Assembly (NCBI GenBank): GCA_050239825.1 | Contig: JBFXGO010000029.1 | Span: 1-31,425, forward strand | Direction: 5' to 3' | Source: a bacterium | Lineage (GTDB): Bacteria > Hydrothermota > 32-111 | Length of the DNA stretch: 31,425 bases | Translations under genes and position numbers: made by a program | In this document: one piece after another, positions 18,506 through 25,733 of the stretch | How positions within the stretch are numbered: the stretch's first letter is position 1 | Layout: each line of letters opens with the position of its first letter | Notes under the pieces: generated by a model | The model's database searches: none | Seen by the model: only the letters and a program-made list of their open reading frames with translations | Told to the model about the DNA's origin: nothing

Positions 18506-19608
18506 CAGATAATCCTCATACTTGTCTTTATTTTTTTTTCAGAGAGAAGACGAATTATCTCTTTGAAATTTTTCTCATCCATTCCTATCTCTTCAGGAGT
18601 CAACACACCGCCTCTGCTCTGCGGATTATTGAGTAGCCAAAATGAGAATGCGGCAAGAGAGTATCCGGTGGTGCGCTCCATAGCGGAATGATTTTTGTCC
18701 GCAAAATCAATTATCTCATACTCAATTCTTTTTTTTCTGCCCTTTACCACACCCTCTCCGATGACTCTCATCAAAAGCACATCTCTTAGGTTTTTGTATT
18801 TTATCCTCTTCATCAGTTCAAGGGAGGTCTCTCTTGGTTTTGTATTTCCCGCTGTTTGCTCAAAATACCCCATTTCGAAGAGAAATTTTATTTTATCCAC
18901 ATGGCCAGCATATCTCATTGTCTTCTCTTCGAGATTCTTCACATTCTTCAGAGTCTTTGAAAGAGTCCTCAGTCCATCCGTATAGAATGCCTGCAGAGTT
19001 TCAAATCCTTTAAATTGCATATTCTCGATTCCTGTAAGAGGCTCAACAGTGAGGGATTTGAAATTTTTTCTTATCTTTGCCTTTCTCTCATACTCTGATA
19101 TCAAATCCTCGGGCGACCATGTTATCGAATACCCCAGCGGTGGAAGATTCTTTTCTGGCATGCCCCCCACATAAATTTTAATCGTCTCCGCCTTGTCAAA
19201 TGATCTGTACAATCGTCCTGCCATAAGATTGGATGTTCCCGGAGCAATTCCGGCATCAGGGATAAGAATCACATTGTTCTTTTCGCACATTCTCTGAAGC
19301 TCAAGCGGGTCATCCTCAGAGTAGGAGACATCCACCATGTTTGTTTTTGCTGTTATTGCGCCAAGATGCGCCATACGCCCCAATCTCGCAGGAAGAGCCG
19401 ATATGGCAAGGTCATAGCCTCTTATGGTCTTTGCAATATCATCTTTGGTTTTCATCACTCTCTTTGCCGCTTTAAATCCCGCTTTTTTTGCGGCTTTTAG
19501 ATTCTCTTCATTTATGTCAATGAATGTTACATTTGTTTTTTTGTTCCTCAGGAACTCGCCAGCCGTAAGCCCCTGTCTTCCCGCGCCCAAAATAATTATT
19601 TTTTTCAT
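18505..19608 (-). CDS. Saccharopine dehydrogenase family oxidoreductase
   Basis: ILGAGRQG, ISALP, DAGIAPG, YVGGMP...LGYSITWSP, TMRYAGH and AMERTTG. Start at ATG 19608 behind AGGAG. Confidence 0.9.
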   Translation of the reverse strand: MKKIIILGAGRQGLTAGEFLRNKKTNVTFIDINEENLKAAKKAGFKAAKRVMKTKDDIAKTIRGYDLAISALPARLGRMAHLGAITAKTNMVDVSYSEDDPLELQRMCEKNNVILIPDAGIAPGTSNLMAGRLYRSFDKAETIKIYVGGMPEKNLPPLGYSITWSPEDLISEYERKAKIRKNFKSLTVEPLTGIENMQFKGFETLQAFYTDGLRTLSKTLKNVKNLEEKTMRYAGHVDKIKFLFEMGYFEQTAGNTKPRETSLELMKRIKYKNLRDVLLMRVIGEGVVKGRKKRIEYEIIDFADKNHSAMERTTGYSLAAFSFWLLNNPQSRGGVLTPEEIGMDEKNFKEIIRLLSEKKIKTSMRII

Positions 19609-19624
19609 AAAACTCCTTTTTTTC

Positions 19625-19652
19625 ATTTTATGCCATACGGCAAAAAAGTCAA
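19625..19652 (-). promoter_or_regulatory. Promoter of the saccharopine dehydrogenase-sugar operon
   Basis: TTGACT-16 nt-TAAAAT on the minus strand. Confidence 0.55.
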
Positions 19653-19690
19653 TGATTTACCTTGTTGACTTTTCTTGAAAGATTTGGATG

Positions 19691-19997
19691 TGTATCCGTT
19701 CCGAGATGTGTTGACAGATAACCCCAATAGAGATTATCATAAAATCACCTTGAAAGCAACTTTGGTCTGATTGAGAAGCCAGTAAGAACTTGGAATGGTG
19801 TTCTTCCCTTAACTCTATAATCTTGATGAAATCTTTCAAAGTTATAATACCATAACCAAGCGTCAAGATCTGCTTGTAGCTCCTCAATTGATGTATACCA
19901 TTTTTCTCTTAGTTTAGTTACGAAGAATTCTTCCAGCAATGTTTTGTTAAATCTCTCCACAAAGCCATTTGTTTTCGGGCTTCTAAATTTAGTACGC
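19691..19997 (-). mobile_element. IS481-family remnant (transposase C-terminus and right end)
   Basis: The minus frame reads RTKFRSPKTNGFVERFNKTLLEEFF...LQADLDAWLWYYNFERFHQDYRVKGRTP. A 26-nt TGT...TTGACA terminus lies at 19691-19716. The 5' part is lost at 19997. Confidence 0.85.
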
Positions 19998-20188
19998 GGG
20001 AGTATAATAAAAGTTGTGTAAAATCAATAGGAGTGGAATATAATAAGATTAATGAAAAGGAGACATTGGACCGAATCATGAAGAGTGAGCGAGAGATATA
20101 TCTGTCAAGTAATGATGATTATGCTAATGGGTATATTGAGCGGGAACTTGGAACAACTCGGGGGAAAAAGAGAGAGGGCGGCTTTTAA
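19998..20188 (+). mobile_element. IS256-family remnant (left end and transposase N-terminal fragment)
   Basis: End sequence GGGAGTATAATAAAAGTTGTGTAAA. ORF 20033-20188 reads ...ETLDRIMKSEREIYL...ANGYIERELGTTRGK..REGGF*, matching the IS256 E-R..NGY..R.L.T..G pattern. Confidence 0.75.
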
Positions 20189-20204
20189 ACTTAAACCGCC
20201 CTCT
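20165..20204 (-). terminator. Intrinsic terminator of the LVIVD gene
   Basis: AGAGGGCGG/CCGCCCTCT 9-bp stem followed on the minus strand by CTCTTTTT. Confidence 0.6.
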
Positions 20205-20240
20205 ACGGGAAAACTGCTTTCTCTTTTACCTTTTTGTGTT

Positions 20241-22418
20241 CTACCTTATTATCACCATCTTTCTGTTTATCTGTGTCTCTCCGTCTCTGAATCTTATGAA
20301 GTATATGCCTGACGAAAGGTGTTCTGTTGAGTAGCTGTGCTGACCTATCCTTGTCTCTTTCGCTCTATATACTTCCTTGCCATTTATATCATATACAGAA
20401 AATTTGTTATCCCCTGTCGAATTTGTATACCTTATTTCATTCTGTAGTATATCCATCTTATGATTCTCTTTATCTTGCTTCTCTTCAACAAACTTTTCTG
20501 TTACTCCCATAAAAGGATCAAACTCTAAAATATATAATGCGCTTCCATCAGCAACATAGGCATAATCTCCTGAAACATAGACACCCCATGCACTCCTCGG
20601 TGTATCATAGCTACCTGTAAGGGTTGGGCTTGTGGGATTTGAGATATCTATTATCTGTAAACCAGAATCCTCATCAGCAACATACACATAACTGCCTGAA
20701 AGATAGACACCATAAGCAAAACCCGGTGTATCATAGCTCCCTGTTAGGGTTGGGCTTGTGGGGTCAGAGATGTTGATTATTTGTAAACCATAATCATAAT
20801 CAGCAACATAGGCATAACTGCCTGAAACAAAGACACGCCATGCAAGCCCCGGTGTATCATAGTTTCCTGCAAGGGTTGGGCTTGAAGGATTTGAGATGTC
20901 TATTATCTGTAAACCAGAATCATCATCAGCAACATACACATAACTGCCTGAAACATAGACACCCCATGCATAACCCGGTGTATCATAGCTTCCTGCAAGG
21001 GTTGGGCTTGAAGGATTTGAGATATCTATTATCTGTAAACCATAATCATCATCAGCAACATAGGCATAATCTCCTGAGACATAGACATCATAAGCATAAT
21101 CCGGTGTATCATAGCTTCCTGTTAGTGTTGGGCTTGAAGGATTTGAGATATCTATTATCTGTAAACCATAATCAACATCAGCAACATAGGCATAATCTCC
21201 TGAGACATATACATCATAAGCATAACCCGGTGTATCATAGCTTCCTGCAAGTGTTGGGCTTGAAGGATTTGAGATATCTATTATCTGTAAACCAAAACCC
21301 CAATCAGCAACATAGGCGTAATCTCCTGAAACATAGACATCATAAGCATAACTCGGTGTATCATAGCTACCTGTAAGGGTTGGGCTTGTGGGATTTGAGA
21401 TGTCTATTATCTGTAAACCATAATCATAATCAGCAACATAGGCATAACTGCCTGAAACATAGACACCCCTTGCAGTCCCCGGTGTATCATAGCTCCCTGT
21501 AAGTGTTGGGCTTGCAGGATTTGAGATGTCTATTATCTGTAAACCAGAACTACCATCAGCAACATAGGCATAACTGCCTGAAACAAAGAAACCCCATGCA
21601 CGACCCGGTGTATCATAGCTCCCTGCAAGTGTTGGGCTTGTGGGGTCAGAGATGTTGATTATCTGTAAACCACCATGATAATCAGCAACATACGCATAAT
21701 CTCCTGAGACATAGACATCATAAGCATAACCCGGTGTATCATAGCTACCTTTAAGTGTTGGGCTTGTGGGGTCAGAGATGTTTATTATTTGTAAACCATA
21801 ATCATAATCAGCAACATAGGCATAATCTCCTGAAACATAGACACCCCTTGCAGTCCCCGGTGTATCATAGCTCCCTGTAAGTGTTGGGCTTGAAGGATTT
21901 GAGATATCTATTATCTGTAAACCATAATCATAATCAGCAACATAGGCATAATCGCCTGAAACATAGACACCCCTTGCATAACCCTGTGTATCATAGCTCC
22001 CTGCAAGGGTTGGGCTTGAAGGATTTGAGATATCTATTATCTGTAAACCATAAGCTTCATCAGCAACATAGGCATAACTGCCTGAAACATAGACACCCCT
22101 TGCATAATCCGGTAAACTAAAATAACTTACCAAAAAAGGATTTGCTTTGTTCTTAACATTTAACACTACTAAATAATTATCCATACAAGAATATGCTAAT
22201 GTATCTACGATGAAAACATTATATGCATATCCAAAGAAAGGATAAATTCCTACTCCCCTTACATTCAAACTATCTGTCGCCCAGTTGGGTTGATTGTTAT
22301 CTTCCGGTTGTTCAAAGTTAGCAAGAAGCATATCCTCTTCTCTGAATGGTCTCTCATTTGAAGCAAAAACAAACAATGCTGAAACAATAATAATGATAAT
22401 GAAAATAACTTTTTTCAC
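20241..22418 (-). CDS. Secreted LVIVD-repeat beta-propeller protein with a T9SS type-A-like C-terminal sorting domain
   Basis: GTG start with AGGAGG SD and a signal peptide. 14 blades of ~42 aa (VYVSGxYAYVADxxxGLQIIDISNPxxPTLxGSYDTP). C-terminal SVYDINGKEV...HLSSGIYFIRF...RKMVIIR. Confidence 0.92.
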   Translation of the reverse strand: MKKVIFIIIIIVSALFVFASNERPFREEDMLLANFEQPEDNNQPNWATDSLNVRGVGIYPFFGYAYNVFIVDTLAYSCMDNYLVVLNVKNKANPFLVSYFSLPDYARGVYVSGSYAYVADEAYGLQIIDISNPSSPTLAGSYDTQGYARGVYVSGDYAYVADYDYGLQIIDISNPSSPTLTGSYDTPGTARGVYVSGDYAYVADYDYGLQIINISDPTSPTLKGSYDTPGYAYDVYVSGDYAYVADYHGGLQIINISDPTSPTLAGSYDTPGRAWGFFVSGSYAYVADGSSGLQIIDISNPASPTLTGSYDTPGTARGVYVSGSYAYVADYDYGLQIIDISNPTSPTLTGSYDTPSYAYDVYVSGDYAYVADWGFGLQIIDISNPSSPTLAGSYDTPGYAYDVYVSGDYAYVADVDYGLQIIDISNPSSPTLTGSYDTPDYAYDVYVSGDYAYVADDDYGLQIIDISNPSSPTLAGSYDTPGYAWGVYVSGSYVYVADDDSGLQIIDISNPSSPTLAGNYDTPGLAWRVFVSGSYAYVADYDYGLQIINISDPTSPTLTGSYDTPGFAYGVYLSGSYVYVADEDSGLQIIDISNPTSPTLTGSYDTPRSAWGVYVSGDYAYVADGSALYILEFDPFMGVTEKFVEEKQDKENHKMDILQNEIRYTNSTGDNKFSVYDINGKEVYRAKETRIGQHSYSTEHLSSGIYFIRFRDGETQINRKMVIIR
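20546..22112 (-). repeat. Intragenic 126-bp tandem repeat array (12 full near-identical units plus a partial terminal unit)
   Basis: Anchors such as gtgtatcatag and atcagcaacata recur with a 126-nt period. Confidence 0.95.
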
Positions 22419-22468
22419 AATTCCTCCTGTTTAAATTGTATAAATACTCCTTCTAATTTCTTTTTCAC
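22415..22468 (-). CDS. Possible 17-aa leader ORF coupled to the LVIVD gene
   Basis: AAGGAG SD, then GTG; MKKKLEGVFIQFKQEEL*. Its TGA overlaps the LVIVD GTG start (GTGA). Confidence 0.4.
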   Translation of the reverse strand: MKKKLEGVFIQFKQEEL

Positions 22469-22496
22469 AACCATCTCCTTTTTATTAACCATTTCA

Positions 22497-22525
22497 ATCA
22501 TATTGTATTGTGCCCACTTTGTCAA
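22497..22525 (-). promoter_or_regulatory. Promoter of the LVIVD gene
   Basis: TTGACA-17 nt-TATGAT. Confidence 0.7.
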
Positions 22526-22544
22526 GAAGTTTGCATAATAGTAT

Positions 22545-22570
22545 TGTAATGGTCACGATTATATTTCACA
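22545..22570. mobile_element. Possible isolated IS481-type terminal repeat
   Basis: 26-nt TGTAATGGTCACGATTATATTTCACA, with the same length and TGTA...TT(G/C)ACA frame as the 19691-19716 end. Confidence 0.4.
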
Positions 22571-22763
22571 CCGTACTTTGCGACAGCAAAAGGGCGGATT
22601 CTTCCAATCCGAAGACATCCTCTTCATTAATATTTATATCCGTTACCTAAATATGTTACCTAAATGGAAAAACGGTTATCCTAAAATCATTGCTAAATTA
22701 TATTACCTCCGCCAATCCTTCGTTAATCTCTTTGGAGAACTCCCTTATGAATACTAATCCCTC

Positions 22764-22789
22764 TTTACACAACTTCCTTGACAAGTCTC
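22764..22789 (-). mobile_element. IS256-family terminal inverted repeat (isolated)
   Basis: Minus strand GAGACTTGTCAAGGAAGTTGTGTAAA shares AAGTTGTGTAAA with the 19998 end, in inverted orientation. Confidence 0.6.
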
Positions 22790-22810
22790 GTGGCTTATTA
22801 ATTCTTGTTC

Positions 22811-22876
22811 GGGGCAGGGTGACAAGAGTTCTGAGCTTTCGCCCAAACTATGATTTTGAGTCTGCACCTGCCCCTT
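22811..22876 (-). ncRNA. Candidate ~65-nt structured small RNA of unknown class
   Basis: Closing stem GGGGCAGGUG/CAC(C)CUGCCCC and inner AGUU-UGGGC-GAAA-GCUCA-G-AACU hairpin. It begins just downstream of a TTGAAA-16-TATAAT promoter. Confidence 0.5.
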
Positions 22877-22883
22877 ACATTTT

Positions 22884-22911
22884 ATTATATACATTACTAA
22901 TCCTTTTTCAA
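22884..22911 (-). promoter_or_regulatory. Promoter of the candidate ncRNA
   Basis: TTGAAA-16 nt-TATAAT; predicted +1 at ~22876-22877. Confidence 0.55.
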
Positions 22912-22932
22912 GAGTAATAACTTATACGGTGC

Positions 22933-22960
22933 TTGACAATATTATTTAAAATGGTAAAAT
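22933..22960 (+). promoter_or_regulatory. Promoter of the membrane protein/pilin-like fusion gene
   Basis: TTGACA-16 nt-TAAAAT with a TGn extended -10. Confidence 0.65.
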
Positions 22961-22977
22961 TAAAAAAAAGGAGTATA

Positions 22978-24054
22978 ATGAAAATTAATGACAAATTGTT
23001 TCAGTTTTTTATTCTGATAGCTATGATGACATCAATAATCTCTCTTGAAGCCACTTCTTGGTCGATGAATTTTTTCCTTCTTCCTTCAATCGCCTTCACT
23101 TTCAGCGGTTTTATGATATTTTTGGTGCACGAAAAGCACATAATCAACAACTTTATGCGAACATACAAAAGAGCGCTTAAAGCGGCTTTGACTGCGGCTT
23201 TGTTCTTCTTTGCGGTTTACACTTCTTTACACACACTCTCAGCCGGCGCGGCTTTCTTGATCGTTTCAGCTGCATATACGGCATTCAGACATTTAAAAAA
23301 GAAAAATTATATTCTTCTCTTCATTTCTGCGCTTCCGCTCGCTCTTGCCTATTTTATTCCAGCTTATAAAGACAACATAACTGTGAAGATTCTTATGATT
23401 CTTGCATCATTTTCCGGAGAGACAGCCCTTATGTTCATGCTCCGCGAAGTTAAGGATGAATTTACTCAGAACCCAAAAGAGACACTCTGTTTCGCGAATC
23501 TAACGGTTGCGGTTATTTCTGTGCCTCTCTTTTTCATAACCAAATCCGACACTGCGGCTATACTTTCAAAGACGGAGCAGGTACATCTGTTCCTTATAAC
23601 ATTTATATACACTTTCCTTGTATCCTCTCTGGCGATAATCAAACCGAATTCACTGCGCCTCGACAGAAAGGTTTTTATTTTCGCATTCATAGTATCCGCA
23701 TCAGTAATTTCTCTCTTCAGTTTCTCGTTATTCTTCATAGCAGGAGCATTGATTCTTGCGGTTTTATTATTTTTTCAAAGCTTTAAAAAAGAGAAGAGAG
23801 GCATGGCTATTACGGAATTCATGGCTATTTTAACCCTATCATCTATATTGATATCAATGGTATTCCCAGTTTATTCTAAAATAAAGAGCGAAATCAATGT
23901 TAGAAATGACAAAAGACTCTATGAAGAGGGAAGACAGAATGAAATAGAGGATGCAATTAAAATCGGCGGATATTTTATAAAATCCGCCGATAACCAAATA
24001 AAATTTATCTACAAAACAAACTCAGAAAAATTCACATATTTCACTGCTGAATAG
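22978..24054 (+). CDS. Polytopic (EamA/DMT-like) membrane protein with a C-terminal type IV pilin-like domain
   Basis: Start at ATG 22978 behind AAGGAG. About 10 hydrophobic segments, then KKEKRG/MAITEFMAILTLSSILISMVFP (class III signal-like, with Glu+5 and Pro+22). Confidence 0.65.
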   Translation: MKINDKLFQFFILIAMMTSIISLEATSWSMNFFLLPSIAFTFSGFMIFLVHEKHIINNFMRTYKRALKAALTAALFFFAVYTSLHTLSAGAAFLIVSAAYTAFRHLKKKNYILLFISALPLALAYFIPAYKDNITVKILMILASFSGETALMFMLREVKDEFTQNPKETLCFANLTVAVISVPLFFITKSDTAAILSKTEQVHLFLITFIYTFLVSSLAIIKPNSLRLDRKVFIFAFIVSASVISLFSFSLFFIAGALILAVLLFFQSFKKEKRGMAITEFMAILTLSSILISMVFPVYSKIKSEINVRNDKRLYEEGRQNEIEDAIKIGGYFIKSADNQIKFIYKTNSEKFTYFTAE

Positions 24055-25720
24055 CAGTATAAACAGTCTCTTTTACCTTGCTACAGGACTTTTTCACATC
24101 TTCAAGCATTTTATCGGCCTGCTTCATTTTTTTATCCTTATACTCCTTATCCGACAAGTTCTTCAGATTGATAAGCACATTCATATATGCGCCCTCTGCG
24201 CACCCCTCTGCGTTTATGGCCGCCACTCCTGCATCTGAGATGGAATTGACATTGCCGATTACGCTTATTCTCTCCATTATTGAGAGAGAGGCGAGCACCT
24301 CTTCCATAGTTTTCAGAGGCACTTCAATCGCCGCCTTTGTGGCTTCTTCCAGAAGAGCGTCTCTTTTCTTTGCCTCCTCCTCTGTCTTTTTCGGCATCTT
24401 GAATGCAGCCATGTAGTTGTTGAACGCCTCTGTGTCATCATCTATCAAGCTCAAAAATGAATCCTTTATCCTCTGTGCTTTGGCGGCAATTTCATTTGCT
24501 TCCGCAGAATGTTTTTCGTATCCTTTTTTCATGTATGTCAGACTGGCTACCATTGATACAAGGGACGCCGCTATTGCGCCATTCAATGCGGCGACGCTTC
24601 CTCCGCCCGGCGCCGGCGAGTCTGTTGAGAGTTCGTCGCAGAAATCTTTTATTCTCATGTCTGCAAGATACTCTTTTCCGGAATTCTTTTTATACGCATA
24701 CTCTATAACCTTCTTGTCAATATCGAACGGATACAGGTGGTCAAGACCCAATGATTTTACCGCTATGTGTATCAGCTCTCTCTCCGGGACACCGCATGAT
24801 TTCCCCTGCTTTCTGAGAAAATATTCTCCGGCTTCGATAAGAGCATCTTTCGGAATCAGTCCGACAAGTTCGCTTCCTGTTGCCATCAAACCTCTCTTGG
24901 CTGCCTCTTCAGCGGCTGTTTCATAAGCGATGTGAGGAGGAGTCACCTTCCAGTTTGTAAGATTTATGGATATCTGCGCCACCTTGTACATGTCAATGTA
25001 CCATCCTATCGCTCTGCACTCCTTCAGCCGTCCGGGAGCAAAAAGGGTCTCTCCCTTTTCATTCTTGAGGATTTTTCCGTTTGCATCCTTCTTTGCGCTT
25101 CCCTTCTCTCTGATTGCATTCGCAACTGCCGTGGCGAGTTTTGCGTCCCTCGTATTTAAATTCACATTATAAGCTATGAGAAAGTCCCTTACTCCTATCA
25201 CGGTAGCGCCGCTCTTGACATTAAACTCGGGTTTGCCGAAATCAGGTTTCCATTCCGCCCTCTTTATCTTCTCGCCGAATCCTTCATACTCGCCCTCTCT
25301 TATAATTGCGAGAGATTTTCTCTTCTCTTCCGAAGCTGAGTATTCGTAAAGGTAAACAGGTATAGAAAGCTCATCCGCCACCCTCTTTGCAAGTCTTCTG
25401 GATATTTCGACGCACTCCTCTATCGTCACTCCGTTAACCGGTATCAAAGGACACACATCCGTCGCTCCCATTCTCGGATGCTCACCTTTGTGGGTGCGCA
25501 TATCAATGAGTTCCGACGCCTTCTTTATTGCCTTAAATGCGGAATCAACAACGGATTCGGGGGTGCCTATAAATGTTACCACGGTTCTGTTTGTATCTGC
25601 CCCCATATCAACATCCAAAAGCATCGAACCGTTCACATTGATTATCTCATCCGTTATCTGCTTTATCAACGCACTATCTCTGCCCTCGGAAAAATTCGGC
25701 ACGCACTCTATGAGTTTCAC
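24041..25720 (-). CDS. ftcd: Bifunctional glutamate formimidoyltransferase / formiminotetrahydrofolate cyclodeaminase
   Basis: ECVPNFSEGRD, NRTVVT, IDMRTHKGEHPRMGATDVCP and SELVGL, plus cyclodeaminase motifs PAPGGGSVAA and NVLINL. Confidence 0.95.
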   Translation of the reverse strand: MKLIECVPNFSEGRDSALIKQITDEIINVNGSMLLDVDMGADTNRTVVTFIGTPESVVDSAFKAIKKASELIDMRTHKGEHPRMGATDVCPLIPVNGVTIEECVEISRRLAKRVADELSIPVYLYEYSASEEKRKSLAIIREGEYEGFGEKIKRAEWKPDFGKPEFNVKSGATVIGVRDFLIAYNVNLNTRDAKLATAVANAIREKGSAKKDANGKILKNEKGETLFAPGRLKECRAIGWYIDMYKVAQISINLTNWKVTPPHIAYETAAEEAAKRGLMATGSELVGLIPKDALIEAGEYFLRKQGKSCGVPERELIHIAVKSLGLDHLYPFDIDKKVIEYAYKKNSGKEYLADMRIKDFCDELSTDSPAPGGGSVAALNGAIAASLVSMVASLTYMKKGYEKHSAEANEIAAKAQRIKDSFLSLIDDDTEAFNNYMAAFKMPKKTEEEAKKRDALLEEATKAAIEVPLKTMEEVLASLSIMERISVIGNVNSISDAGVAAINAEGCAEGAYMNVLINLKNLSDKEYKDKKMKQADKMLEDVKKSCSKVKETVYTAIQQ

Positions 25721-25733
25721 AAAAACCTCCTGC

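Noticed and set aside
19644..19673. Inverted repeat AAAAGTCAA-N12-TTGACTTTT as an operator
   Set aside because: Better explained as back-to-back -35 boxes, with the rightward -10 replaced by the IS481 end.
20840..21376. Repetitive His/Asn-rich + strand ORFs (also 21881-22120)
   Set aside because: They are antisense shadows of the LVIVD repeats with no SD or promoter support.
20546..22112. CRISPR array interpretation of the regular repeats
   Set aside because: The period is 126 nt and in frame within a protein; there are no unique spacers and no cas genes.
19998..22789. Intact composite transposon
   Set aside because: The two ends diverge from each other, there is no target-site duplication, and no intact transposase is present.
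22811..22874. tRNA-Leu/Sec, SRP RNA or c-di-GMP riboswitch call for the structured RNA
   Set aside because: It has no D or T arms or TTC loop, no SRP helix-8 motif, and no GEMM GCAAA/receptor motifs.
22933..22977. TTG start at 22933
   Set aside because: This TTG is part of the -35 hexamer; ATG 22978 has an SD.
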